A stretch of 64,000 nucleotides of DNA from assembly GCA_965206745.1 (NCBI GenBank), contig OZ242220.1:1440001-1504000 (forward strand), given 5' to 3'. Origin of the DNA: Nitrosopumilus sp. (lineage in GTDB: Archaea; Thermoproteota; Nitrososphaeria; Nitrososphaerales; Nitrosopumilaceae). The notes under the pieces are model-generated. The model was not told the origin of the DNA and made no database searches. It worked only from the letters and a program-made list of their open reading frames with translations. Positions 30,556-40,573 of this stretch are shown here, piece by piece. Made by a program: the position numbers and the translations under genes. Within the stretch, counting starts at the first letter, position 1. Each line of letters starts with the position of its first letter.

Positions 30556-31239
30556 TCAAGACTGTTTTATCTCATCGACGTCATAGTCCAATCTCCTAAT
30601 CATGTTTACCGTAAGGTCCAGATTGTCAATTAGTGCCTTGTCTTTGTCTGGATGAAGGTTCTTTTTTATCTCCCCGATGCCAGACTCTACTAGTATGCTT
30701 GCCATGTCACGATAGTATTTCTTGTGAGAGTCCTTGTATCTTGCATCGGCAATGTCTTTTGCGTTACTAAAAGTTATGTGCCCTCCAATATCTTGCCGCA
30801 CTATGCCCTGCGGATGAAATACAAAGATGCTGTCAAGCAGTTGTTTTATCATCTCTGGGCCAAATATATCAGAGGCAATCTCCCTTTGAAGCGCCTTAAA
30901 ATACTGTAAAACATGCTCCTCTCCTGCAAGATCAAAGCTCAAGGCATACTCTACAATGTCGGGATTCAGGTCAGTATACTGTTCCCGGACGTATTTTTTC
31001 TCATCAGGACCGTGCGCTCTGTCAATCTTTTCTGTAGAGATATTGGAGATTCTGATCATCTCAGATAGCAGCGCAAATCCCTGGATGGAGTTTGTTATCT
31101 TTGATGTAATGTCATTTTTTGCCTTTGAGAGCCTCTTTGTTTCAGTCTTTGAGCGGTCTCCAACCTCCAACTGCTGGTTGTAGTGGCCCTTTAGAAAGTC
31201 CAGTATCTTCTTTTCAAACTGGGTGATCTGGTGTGCCAT
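30556..31239 (-). CDS. Hypothetical protein
   Basis: 227-aa ORF with a TATA box about 25 nt upstream; no recognised motif. Confidence 0.65.
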   Translation of the reverse strand: MAHQITQFEKKILDFLKGHYNQQLEVGDRSKTETKRLSKAKNDITSKITNSIQGFALLSEMIRISNISTEKIDRAHGPDEKKYVREQYTDLNPDIVEYALSFDLAGEEHVLQYFKALQREIASDIFGPEMIKQLLDSIFVFHPQGIVRQDIGGHITFSNAKDIADARYKDSHKKYYRDMASILVESGIGEIKKNLHPDKDKALIDNLDLTVNMIRRLDYDVDEIKQS

Positions 31240-31250
31240 TGTGGGAAAAC

Positions 31251-31275
31251 AGTAGATGTTTTATTAAAGTCTACT
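31251..31275. promoter_or_regulatory. Inverted repeat AGTAGA...TCTACT bracketing the TATA box of the 30556-31239 gene
   Basis: agtaga-tgttttattaaag-tctact read directly from the sequence. Confidence 0.35.
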
Positions 31276-31451
31276 TTTTTCTGGTTCCAGTATTTGCAGT
31301 CCAAGAGTTGCAAGAGAGTCCTGCGTATCTGGCCTGCAAAGGCTTCACAGGATGCATTATTTTGGTCTTGATTGTATCTCGGCAGTCTCTGAATCAATTT
31401 GCAAGATCATTTTCGAAAAGAACTTAATAGGACAGCCTCAAATGGCAAAAC

Positions 31452-31916
31452 ATGGAATTGAATGTAGGCGATGCAGCTCCCGGTTTTGAGCTTGCAGATA
31501 CAGAGTTGAAACTAAGGAATTTGAAAGAGTTTCAGGATGGGAAGATCGTCTTGTCATTTATAGTTGCAGCAAGCTCACCCGTATGCGAGGTGGAACTCTG
31601 CACATTCAGGGACTCTTGGAAGGAGATTTCAGAGACGGGTGCCAAAGTAATAGCAATTAGCAATGATGGCCCGTTTGCAAACAAGGCGTTTGCAGAAAAA
31701 CACAGCTTTAACTTTCCACTGTTATCAGACTATACAAGCAAGACAATCAGGGACTATGGCATTCTAATGCCGGACCTGCTTCACATCAAAGACTACAATG
31801 CGGCAAAGCGCTCCGTATTTGTGATTAATGAGGATGGAAAGATCGGCTACAAGTGGGTCTCAGAGGATCCGCTAAAAGAGCCAAACTATGACGAGATTAA
31901 AAATTTCCTAAAATAA
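31452..31916 (+). CDS. Peroxiredoxin (Bcp/AhpC-TSA family)
   Basis: GDAAPGF, SPVCEVELC, FPLLSD, RSVFVI. Confidence 0.88.
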   Translation: MELNVGDAAPGFELADTELKLRNLKEFQDGKIVLSFIVAASSPVCEVELCTFRDSWKEISETGAKVIAISNDGPFANKAFAEKHSFNFPLLSDYTSKTIRDYGILMPDLLHIKDYNAAKRSVFVINEDGKIGYKWVSEDPLKEPNYDEIKNFLK

Positions 31917-31919
31917 GAC

Positions 31920-32441
31920 TCACTCTATCTCTGCAATGACATCACCTTTAGCGACAGTCCCGCCCTCCTTGACTTTTACCGTCTTTACAACCCCGTCCTT
32001 GTGGGACTTTACAGAGACCTGCATCTTCATCGATTCCAGGGTACACACTACATCCCCCTGCTTTACTGCATCCCCCTCTGAGACAGATATTGATACGACC
32101 TTGCCAGGAATCTGGCTCTTCAATGCCAGCTGCGCACTGCCGCTGCTAGCGCCGCCGGAGTTTTTGTAGACAATTTTGTCAAAGTGGGTGTGACGGTTGA
32201 TAATAATTGGAACGTTGTCAATTACGATGCTCATCTCGTTTGTGGACTCGTCAAGGTATTTTGCCCTGTGATATTTCTGGTCCAGGATAAACTCGATTCC
32301 CTTGGAATCCATCGTTATGATTTTCAGTGAATGCTCGTCATCGTCAATCTTGATTGTATACTGGTTGTCCCCCAGATTCTCCACAATCCTTCCCTCAAAT
32401 GATCTTTCAATGTCTTGTATCTTGTAGTTCATCTTTATCAA
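31920..32441 (-). CDS. accB: Biotin carboxyl carrier subunit of acetyl/propionyl-CoA carboxylase
   Basis: ESMKM biotinylation motif. Confidence 0.92.
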   Translation of the reverse strand: MIKMNYKIQDIERSFEGRIVENLGDNQYTIKIDDDEHSLKIITMDSKGIEFILDQKYHRAKYLDESTNEMSIVIDNVPIIINRHTHFDKIVYKNSGGASSGSAQLALKSQIPGKVVSISVSEGDAVKQGDVVCTLESMKMQVSVKSHKDGVVKTVKVKEGGTVAKGDVIAEIE

Positions 32442-33925
32442 TCCAACTTGTACTTCCAGTTTGAGTTGCCAGCGGCACTGTCTTGCACCCTGCTCCTAAA
32501 GTATTCAGAGTGAATTATGGCAGCTGCCAGAGCAGCCGTGCTCTTTTCCTCTTTTTCGCTCTTTAGGTCCTCAGTCAGCCTGTCAATCATCCCATAGCGC
32601 TTCAAGAAATCAGTGGTGAGATCCCCGTTTTTGTATTCATCAGAGTTTAGAATCGTTTTGTACAGCGGAATCGAGGTCTCAACGCCCTGAATGTAAAAGT
32701 CATCTAGCGCCGAAAGCATCCTGGTTCTTGATTCCTCGAATGTCTGCCCCCAGGTGACTAGTTTGGCCATCAGCGAGTCATAAAACGGCGAGACGGTGCA
32801 TCCCGGATACAGGTAGGTATCGCACCTTACACCGGGCCCTGCAGGAATTCTCACATCAGGTACGGGCCCTGTGGAGGGGGCAAAGTCCAGAAAGGTGTCC
32901 TCTGCATTGATTCGGCACTCTATTGCATACCCGTTCATCTTGAGATCACTTTGCTTGAACGGTATTGCCTCCCCGTTTGCAATGTCTAGTTGCAGTTTTA
33001 CCAGATCCAGTCCCGAGACAAACTCTGTGATCGGGTGCTCCACTTGCAGCCTTGCATTAATCTCTATAAAGTAAAATTCGCCATCATCGGCCCTTAGAAA
33101 TTCAGCAGTTCCAAGATTGGTATACCCTACAGCATCAGCTGCCCTACAAACTGATTGGCCCACGCGCGCCCTTGTCTCCTCATCGACGATTGGTGAGGGG
33201 GTCTGTTCGATTAGCTTTTGGTTGCGCCTTTGAATGGAGCACTCCCTCTCAAAGATATGTACAGTGTTGCCGTGCGTGTCCCTTGCAAACTGGTACTCGA
33301 TGTGCCGTGTCTTTTCTAGGAACTTTTCCACAATGATTGCAGACTTGCCTACTGCGGCAATGGATTCGCCGGTGACTGACTCGTATCCGTCACGCAACTC
33401 CTGGTCATTGGTGACGATTCTAATTCCCCTGCCCCCGCCTCCGTAGACGGACTTTAGCATTACAGGGTATCCTATGTCATTTGCAATCTTTTCTGCATCA
33501 TCTGCATCCTTTACCAGGCCCGGACTACCTGGAACTGTCGGGACGTCTGCCCCAAGCATCGCTGCCTTGCACTTCATCTTGTCCCCACAGAGATTCATGG
33601 ATTCTGCAGTAGGACCAATAAAGGTGATCTTGTTCTTTTCACACAGGCTTGCAAAGTCGTCATTTTCAGATAGAAAGCCGTATCCGGGATGTACAGAGTC
33701 GGCACCGGATGCAAGCATCACCTCGAGGATCTTCTCTTGGTTAAGGTACGACTTTGCAGGCGAGGCCTCCCCGATATGGTATGCCTCAGTTGCCTGCTTG
33801 ACATGCATCGAGTTGTAATCCTCATCAGAGTATACAGCAACAGTCTTGATTCCAAGTGCCCTGCACGTTCGAATTACGCGCAGCGCGATCTCTCCCCGGT
33901 TTGCGATGAGTACTTTTTCAATCAT
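32438..33925 (-). CDS. accC: Biotin carboxylase subunit
   Basis: LIANRGEIA, HPGYGFLSEN, GGGGRG, RECSIQRRNQK, RLQVEHP. Confidence 0.96.
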   Translation of the reverse strand: MIEKVLIANRGEIALRVIRTCRALGIKTVAVYSDEDYNSMHVKQATEAYHIGEASPAKSYLNQEKILEVMLASGADSVHPGYGFLSENDDFASLCEKNKITFIGPTAESMNLCGDKMKCKAAMLGADVPTVPGSPGLVKDADDAEKIANDIGYPVMLKSVYGGGGRGIRIVTNDQELRDGYESVTGESIAAVGKSAIIVEKFLEKTRHIEYQFARDTHGNTVHIFERECSIQRRNQKLIEQTPSPIVDEETRARVGQSVCRAADAVGYTNLGTAEFLRADDGEFYFIEINARLQVEHPITEFVSGLDLVKLQLDIANGEAIPFKQSDLKMNGYAIECRINAEDTFLDFAPSTGPVPDVRIPAGPGVRCDTYLYPGCTVSPFYDSLMAKLVTWGQTFEESRTRMLSALDDFYIQGVETSIPLYKTILNSDEYKNGDLTTDFLKRYGMIDRLTEDLKSEKEEKSTAALAAAIIHSEYFRSRVQDSAAGNSNWKYKLD

Positions 33926-33931
33926 TTTTAA

Positions 33932-35479
33932 TCACAAGTTGATATTTCCATGCTTTCTTGGCAGTTGTTTTGAACGTTTGTTCTCAAGCATCTCAAGGGC
34001 CTTAATCAGCATAGGCCTCGTCTGGGCAGGATCAATTACGTTATCTACGGTTCCATGGGATGCTGCAACGTAGGGATTTTCAAATTTTTCTGCAAACTCG
34101 TCGATGAGCTGCTTTTTGAGCACTTCAGCATCATCGGACTTTTTGAGGTCCTTTCTGTACATTATCTTCACTGCTGCCTCCCCGCCCAAAACTGCGCATC
34201 TGGCAGTAGGCCACGCATAGTTGACATCAGTCCTGAGATTCTTGCTTCCCATTGCAATGTATGCCCCGCCGTATGCCTTGCCAATCACCAAGGTGATTCT
34301 CGGTACCGTAGCCTCACAGTATGCGTAAAGCAGCTTGCTGCCGTGTCTGATGATGCCGTTGTGCTCCTGGTTGGAGCCGGGCATGTATCCGGGCGTGTCC
34401 ACCAGGGTAATCAGTGAGATGTTAAATGCGTCACAGAATCGGATGAACCTGGCTGCCTTGTTTGATGAGTCAATGTCAAGTGCCCCTGCAAGGTGTATCG
34501 GCTGGTTTGCAACGATTCCCACCGCGCGGCCGTTCATCCTTCCAAAGCCGACTATAATGTTTTGGGCAAACAGCTCGTGGACCTCAAAGAACTCGTGATC
34601 ATCGACAATCGAGTTAATAATCTCCTTCATGTCGTATGGCTGCAGCGGGTTTTCCGGAATGATGTTAATCAGGTTATGATCCATTCTGTTTGGGTCATCG
34701 CCTGCTTTGACTTTGGGCGGTGCCTCTGAGTTGTTTTGAGGCAGAAACGAGATTAATCTTTTGATGTAATCCATGCACTGATACTCGTTCTGAGCTACAA
34801 AGTGCGCCACCCCGCTTTTTGTTCCATGCGTCATTGCCCCGCCGAGATCATCAAAGGAGATCTCCTCGCCCAACACAGTCTTGACCACGTCAGGTCCGGT
34901 AACAAACATGGTTCCCACCTTTTCGACCATGATTACAAAGTCAGTCATTGCAGGAGAGTAGACAGAGCCGCCTGCAGACGGGCCGACACTTGCAGTGATT
35001 TGCGGGACCACGCCGGAGGCAAGCTGGTTGTGATAGAATATGTCTGCAAACCCGTCAAGACTCATGATGCCCTCCTGGATTCGGGCCCCGCCGGAATCCA
35101 TTATTCCAATTATGGGGCATCCGGTTTGAACTGCGTGATCCATGAGTTTACAGATCTTTTTGGCGCCCATCTGGCTTAGTGTTCCGCCAAGTACGGTAAA
35201 ATCATAGGCAAAGACAAAGACCTGCCTTCCGTTTACGTTTCCGTATCCGCCCACGACGCCGTCTGTGAAGAACTTTTTCTTCTGCATGTCATACTCGTGG
35301 TAGTGATGTGTGGTTAATGGATCAATCTCAGTAAAGGTGCCCTCGTCAACTAGCAGGTCGATTCTCTCACGGGCAGTCAGCTTTCCCTTCTCATGCTGGG
35401 CTCTGATTCTATCCTGACCGCCCCCTTGTAATGCCTCGTTATTCTTTTTAGTATATCCTTCAATCTTTTCAGAATGCAC
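33932..35479 (-). CDS. pccB: Acetyl/propionyl-CoA carboxylase carboxyltransferase subunit
   Basis: KLTARERI, DSGGARIQEG, GKAYGGAY, RKHGNI. Confidence 0.95.
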   Translation of the reverse strand: MHSEKIEGYTKKNNEALQGGGQDRIRAQHEKGKLTARERIDLLVDEGTFTEIDPLTTHHYHEYDMQKKKFFTDGVVGGYGNVNGRQVFVFAYDFTVLGGTLSQMGAKKICKLMDHAVQTGCPIIGIMDSGGARIQEGIMSLDGFADIFYHNQLASGVVPQITASVGPSAGGSVYSPAMTDFVIMVEKVGTMFVTGPDVVKTVLGEEISFDDLGGAMTHGTKSGVAHFVAQNEYQCMDYIKRLISFLPQNNSEAPPKVKAGDDPNRMDHNLINIIPENPLQPYDMKEIINSIVDDHEFFEVHELFAQNIIVGFGRMNGRAVGIVANQPIHLAGALDIDSSNKAARFIRFCDAFNISLITLVDTPGYMPGSNQEHNGIIRHGSKLLYAYCEATVPRITLVIGKAYGGAYIAMGSKNLRTDVNYAWPTARCAVLGGEAAVKIMYRKDLKKSDDAEVLKKQLIDEFAEKFENPYVAASHGTVDNVIDPAQTRPMLIKALEMLENKRSKQLPRKHGNINL

Positions 35480-35580
35480 TGTATTCTAAGCCATGATGGT
35501 TTCCTATATTAATTTAGTTTGGGAATATCAACTGGCAGGATTTTCAGAAAGGATCAACTGGTACTGTCTTGGTTTTGATC

Positions 35581-35892
35581 CTAAGAGTTGAGGATTGGGA
35601 ACTTTTTGTTTGTGGATTTCCGGTAAGAGTCAAAGGCGTCCCTCTCCTCGCTGCACCTCTTGCAGATGCACAATTGTGAGACGTTTGGAATGTCGCATAT
35701 CTCCTGGAATTCGCACTGGGCGCAGCCAGCAGGTGCGCCGCATACGATACACTGCAGTTGATCAGTCTGGGCACATTTTTCATGTTTGACGCCTACGCCT
35801 TTGGCCCACAAGCCGACCTCGTTGACTGGGATCTTCCCGTTACATACGATGCAGATGCCGGGAAACTTCATGGGGATCTTCCTCCAGCTCAT
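35581..35892 (-). CDS. Cys-rich putative zinc-binding protein
   Basis: Start MSWRK overlaps the rfcL stop; several CxxC/HxxC motifs. Confidence 0.75.
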   Translation of the reverse strand: MSWRKIPMKFPGICIVCNGKIPVNEVGLWAKGVGVKHEKCAQTDQLQCIVCGAPAGCAQCEFQEICDIPNVSQLCICKRCSEERDAFDSYRKSTNKKFPILNS

Positions 35893-37046
35893 CGTATCAG
35901 CTCGATCTCCTTTTGGATTATATCGCCAAATGTCTCCTCCAACTCCAACTCGAGTGCCTTGTTCTTGATGCAGAGCAGGACAAATGGCAGGCACAGGGTC
36001 ACAAAGGAGCTGGAAGACAGGTGCAGTCTCTTTGCCATTACAGATGACAGTGATTTTATTTTTGCGCCATCCCAGCGAATTCTGTTAAGCAAAGGCCACG
36101 ACAGGTTGTACTGAGCATACCGGATCCTGTCATCTTTTTGGTACAATTTAATCAGAATATCATTCAGATATCGGAGCAGTCTCCAGTTCTGCGTCCTCAT
36201 TATTTTCCCAAAGAGCATGTCTGCATCAGATATCGTCTCCAGGTATTTTGCAAGGCTTGCACCGTCCAACTCGCTGGTGATGATGCTGGAATAAAACGCG
36301 TTGATCTTCTCCCTGGGATCAATCTGCATCGAGTAGAGGACGCTTCTAGCTTCATCAACAGAGTTTGCCTTGAAGAAGGCATTTACGCCCTCCTCGACAT
36401 TGACACTCTCAAAAGACTGGTCTGTCTGCGGGTTGAATCCCGTAACTAGGGACTGTGCAAGGTTTATCATCGAACGAATATCACCCTTTGACTTGTCAAT
36501 GACCTTGATTAGTGCGCCCGGACTTAGTTTTGCACCTTGTCTTTTCAGGATGTCCTCAAGATACACCCTTAGCAGTCTCGGGGGAATTCTTTTGAGCGTG
36601 ACTGTCTTGACTGCCTTTTTGACGCCCTTCATCTTGTCAGATGCATCAGAGTTTGCAGCAAGAAGAATCGGTACTGTGGGTTCCTTTAGAATCTCAACGA
36701 GTGCTGATGCGCCACCATAGTCGCCCCTGCCATGAATTCCATCGACCTCATCAACGAAGATCATCGGGGCTCCCATGACGCTCACATTTCCCAAAACGGG
36801 CATCAGAATCTCGTTGATTCGCGACTTGCTTCGGACGTCACTGGCATTTAGTCCGATCATGTCGTATCCGAACTGTTTTGCAAGAATGTATGCGATAGTG
36901 GTCTTTCCGATTCCGGGGGAGCCGACTAGGAGCAGCGGCTTTGTGCCTTTCTTCCACTTGACAAACCATTCGGTGATGGCTGCGCGCGCCTCCTCGTTTC
37001 CCACCATCTCAGAGGTTGCCTGAGGACGGTATTTTTCAGACCACAT
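35889..37046 (-). CDS. rfcL: Replication factor C large subunit
   Basis: MWSEKYRP, GSPGIGKTT, LNASD.R, DEVD. Confidence 0.92.
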   Translation of the reverse strand: MWSEKYRPQATSEMVGNEEARAAITEWFVKWKKGTKPLLLVGSPGIGKTTIAYILAKQFGYDMIGLNASDVRSKSRINEILMPVLGNVSVMGAPMIFVDEVDGIHGRGDYGGASALVEILKEPTVPILLAANSDASDKMKGVKKAVKTVTLKRIPPRLLRVYLEDILKRQGAKLSPGALIKVIDKSKGDIRSMINLAQSLVTGFNPQTDQSFESVNVEEGVNAFFKANSVDEARSVLYSMQIDPREKINAFYSSIITSELDGASLAKYLETISDADMLFGKIMRTQNWRLLRYLNDILIKLYQKDDRIRYAQYNLSWPLLNRIRWDGAKIKSLSSVMAKRLHLSSSSFVTLCLPFVLLCIKNKALELELEETFGDIIQKEIELIR

Positions 37047-37054
37047 CAATGCAG

Positions 37055-38173
37055 TTACTTCCTTGGAAGCTTGGAGTGGTACTCGGACCATCTGCCTGCC
37101 TTGTTGAGCTTGTTAAACCAGTATTGATTGTAATGCTCCACGCTGAGAAATAGAAACTCTAGGAATTCCTTGTGTGAAAAGTCATCAGGTAGCAGGTCAA
37201 GTGCAAGCCTTGCATCCTGCAGATACAGACTGCTCTTCTCAAGGGTCACTTCAAATCCCTTCTTCACATCATCTGCCAGCAGGGAATAGTAGAGTGGCCA
37301 GGAGGGAATTTTTACGAATCCGTTCTTGATGGAATCCTCAATCTCGTTTCCGCATCCGACGCCTTCAGCAGCTCGTGCCATGCCAAGGTAAAAGATCTCG
37401 CCTAAGGGCCTCTCTGCCAGGGCCATGTTTCTGCCGGCAGTTCCCATCACTGCGCGGTATTTTTTGTAAGATAGCGTCATCTCCTCCTCTGTAATCTCAG
37501 TCGGTTTTGATTTTAGTTTCTCATCAAGGTACTGTCCTACTCTGGCATCTGCAAATCCTGCCTCGAACTCTTTTAAAACCTGCGGTCCGCCCTTTGAGAT
37601 CTTTTCTCTGGCCAATCTCAGAATGTACGGGTTCATCAGTTTATAGTCATCAAGAAATTCCAAATCCTCGTCCTTGTCGACGATTCTGTCCATGGGTTCG
37701 CTGAGGTCTATTGCAAGCATGTGTCCCTCAACTACATCCTGCTTTAGCTTGGGATCGTTTCTGCCAGAGTATTGCGCTGCTGCATCAAACAATCCGTTAA
37801 ACACGGGAAATGTCATCTTTACAAAGTTTGAGTTCAGGATGCGGTTAACCCTATCCTGCATTACATCCGGGCTCTCCAACTTTGACTTTATGGGCCCAAT
37901 TTCAGAGGCACCTAGGATAATCTCAGTGGAGCCTATCTCGTTGCCAAAGGCCTGCTGGGTCGCATTTGGATCAGCATCGGATTTTATCTCATGGAGCAGT
38001 CCCTGGGCAAATCTTTGTGCAAAGTCTGGGAACTGTTCCTCAGTCTCCTCCTTGTACTTGTTGAATAGTTTGTAGCCCTTGGATTTGAAGAGGGCCTGCT
38101 TTATGATCTGCTTTCCGGGTTTTGTGCTCATCAAAGCCTCTCTGCTAGTTACAGACTGATCTTTGCCGCTCAC
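37055..38173 (-). CDS. Conserved hypothetical protein
   Basis: 372-aa ORF co-oriented with and abutting rfcL; no recognised motif. Confidence 0.8.
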   Translation of the reverse strand: MSGKDQSVTSREALMSTKPGKQIIKQALFKSKGYKLFNKYKEETEEQFPDFAQRFAQGLLHEIKSDADPNATQQAFGNEIGSTEIILGASEIGPIKSKLESPDVMQDRVNRILNSNFVKMTFPVFNGLFDAAAQYSGRNDPKLKQDVVEGHMLAIDLSEPMDRIVDKDEDLEFLDDYKLMNPYILRLAREKISKGGPQVLKEFEAGFADARVGQYLDEKLKSKPTEITEEEMTLSYKKYRAVMGTAGRNMALAERPLGEIFYLGMARAAEGVGCGNEIEDSIKNGFVKIPSWPLYYSLLADDVKKGFEVTLEKSSLYLQDARLALDLLPDDFSHKEFLEFLFLSVEHYNQYWFNKLNKAGRWSEYHSKLPRK

Positions 38174-38256
38174 AACCGTTGATCCTTCTTGTTGTTATTT
38201 ATGCTTTCAAGGCAAATGCTTTCTTCACTTAAATTACGAGTGATTAGTTTTGCAAC

Positions 38257-39054
38257 ATGCAAGTCATTGAAGTTCTCCGCGAGGCCTCAGCGAGGATTTA
38301 TGAGAACGTAAAGGATCTTGCAGGAACAGAGAATGCAGCAGGTGATTTCGGCATCGGTGCAGGGGGAGATGTCTCACGAAACATAGACATGATTGCAGAA
38401 AAGACTGTTTTGGATTATCTCAGAGAGATTAATTTTGAGTGCATAGTTTTAGGCGAGGAGTGCGGCAGAGTAGAGTTATCAGAAAAGCCAAGGGGGTTTG
38501 TCATAATGGATGCAATTGATGGCTCTGCAAACGCAGTAAGGGGGGTTCCTTTCTTCTGCAGTTCTCTGGCATTTGCAACACAGGAGAAGCTCAGCTCGAT
38601 TACAGACGGCGTCATCACCGACCTCTCAAACGGGGAGACGTACTGGGCATCAGAGAGTGGGGGCGCATTTTTCAATGATAAGCAGATCAGTGTGTGCAAG
38701 GAGGATCCAATCTACAAGATAGTCGGAATCAACACATCTGGCGCCTCCGTCGAGCTGATAAACAAGCTGCACCCGATATTTGAGAACTATAATCAGGTGA
38801 GGCATTTTGGGGCAAATGCCCTTGAGATGGCAATGTTTGCAAGGGGACTGATAGATGTCTTTATTGACTTTAGGGGCAAGATTAGAATCCAAGATATTGC
38901 TGCAGGCTACCTGATTGTAAAAGAGGCCGGCGGGTTGCTGCTAGATGCAGATTTGAATCCCCTTGATGCAGATCTGAGCTACGGTACAAGGGTCTCATTT
39001 ATTGCAGCTGCAAATCAGGGGATTCTCGATGAGATAATCTCGCAGATCAGCTAA
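38257..39054 (+). CDS. Fructose-1,6-bisphosphatase/inositol monophosphatase family protein
   Basis: LGEE, DAIDGSAN, R..G...LE, DIAAG. Confidence 0.9.
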   Translation: MQVIEVLREASARIYENVKDLAGTENAAGDFGIGAGGDVSRNIDMIAEKTVLDYLREINFECIVLGEECGRVELSEKPRGFVIMDAIDGSANAVRGVPFFCSSLAFATQEKLSSITDGVITDLSNGETYWASESGGAFFNDKQISVCKEDPIYKIVGINTSGASVELINKLHPIFENYNQVRHFGANALEMAMFARGLIDVFIDFRGKIRIQDIAAGYLIVKEAGGLLLDADLNPLDADLSYGTRVSFIAAANQGILDEIISQIS

Positions 39055-39094
39055 GAGAAATATATTTAACCAAAGTCAGGAAAAAGCTTCTTGT

Positions 39095-39937
39095 ATGGTA
39101 ACTGAGATGAAGGCAAAGGTCGTCTATAGGGAGTTGCTAAAGGAGGATCTGGTGATCATCAGACTGGTCCCAGAAAAAGGAATGCCAGATTACAAGACAG
39201 GACAATTTTTGACAATAGGTCTTCCGATTCCCGCAGAGAAGAAGATTGTCAGAAGGGCATACTCTATTGCATCGCATCCGGAGAACAGGGACTATTTTGA
39301 GTTTGTAATTAGGTGGGTGAGAAAGCCGCTTCCAGGCCGCGTGACTACAGAGTTGTTTTATCTAAGTGTCGGCGACGAGGTCTCCCTCGGTGATCCGACT
39401 GGAGCCGCATTGCAAATCAGTGACAAGTTGTCCAAAGGGCAAAAAGACAACAGGAGGGTGATCTGCGTAGGAGGCGGTACGGGATTGGCACCGTTTATTG
39501 CATTTGCAAAACACTTTCACGATACCAATGATAAGCGAGAGGTCATAGTTTTGCACGGTGCAAGCTATGTAGATGAGCTAAGCTACAAGCGACTGTTGAC
39601 GGATTTGGAATTAGAAAGCGAGAGCAGGGGAAGGGACAAGTGGAATTTCAGGTACAGGGCCGCAATCAGCAGACCAAAGGAATTCTTCAACAGAACCTGG
39701 AACGGCCACGTAGGCAGGGTCGAATCGTTCTTCAAGCCAGATAAGAAATCAGGACTCTCACCGGTGGAGGAGATGGTAGGCGAGGAACTGACCCCGGAAA
39801 ATACCATCGTCTACATTTGCGGATATCAGGGGACCATTGACGGGGTAATAGAATGCCTTGGTCCAAAGGGTTTTGTTACCGAGCATGAGAAAAAACCAGA
39901 CGGAAGCTTTGGGATAAAGTTTGAATCATACGGATAA
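39095..39937 (+). CDS. fpr: Ferredoxin-NADP+ reductase (bacterial Fpr type)
   Basis: RAYSIAS, GGTGLAPF, YICG, C-terminal FESY. Confidence 0.88.
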   Translation: MVTEMKAKVVYRELLKEDLVIIRLVPEKGMPDYKTGQFLTIGLPIPAEKKIVRRAYSIASHPENRDYFEFVIRWVRKPLPGRVTTELFYLSVGDEVSLGDPTGAALQISDKLSKGQKDNRRVICVGGGTGLAPFIAFAKHFHDTNDKREVIVLHGASYVDELSYKRLLTDLELESESRGRDKWNFRYRAAISRPKEFFNRTWNGHVGRVESFFKPDKKSGLSPVEEMVGEELTPENTIVYICGYQGTIDGVIECLGPKGFVTEHEKKPDGSFGIKFESYG

Positions 39938-40391
39938 ATAATTTAAAAATGCCAGAATCCTCATTTGGGCATATTCTGACTGGTTTGTCAGTTCCTTGAT
40001 TAAAAGTTCAGAGAGTGGTTTTTAAGATTGCCTCAAAAAAATTCCCCAGTACAGTTTGTGTCTCTCAGCAATGACTGTACAATCTTGGAAATTCAGATGT
40101 GGATCTTGCTATGATTCAGGATTACCCATTTGGACCAAAAGATATCTTAGATATTGCAGAGTGACAAGGACTCTTATTTGCATCGTACTGTCTGCAAAGC
40201 CAATCTGCATCTTGACAGTGTTGGATCATCACATGAGATCAGCCATGCATGATGTCACAGTGGCAATGCACATCAGGGTAAAGTATCGTTGATTCTCAAA
40301 ACCCGGGATGCGGTGGCTAGTCGGAGAATGGCACCATCAGAACTCTTGTTCGTACATGTGGATTTTTATATTGATTATTTTTCACCAAAAT

Positions 40392-40559
40392 ATGGCAAAA
40401 CTCAAGTGCAGTGATTACGGGTTTGAGTGTGATTTTATTGTCGAAGGCGAGAGGGATTCAGTCATTGACGACTTTAGAACCCACACTGAAGAGGTGCACG
40501 GAATAGACTATTCCAAGGAAGCAGTCATGCAGTTTCTCCTAAGAAAGCAGGGACTGTAA
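40392..40559 (+). CDS. DUF1059-family small metal-binding protein
   Basis: MAKLKCSDYGFECDF...H...VHG; start moved to 40392. Confidence 0.75.
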   Translation: MAKLKCSDYGFECDFIVEGERDSVIDDFRTHTEEVHGIDYSKEAVMQFLLRKQGL

Positions 40560-40573
40560 CGAAATTACACCTC

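Noticed and set aside
39940-40390. 78-aa ORF 40056..40292 or an ncRNA
   Set aside because: No motif, atypical composition and no convincing structure
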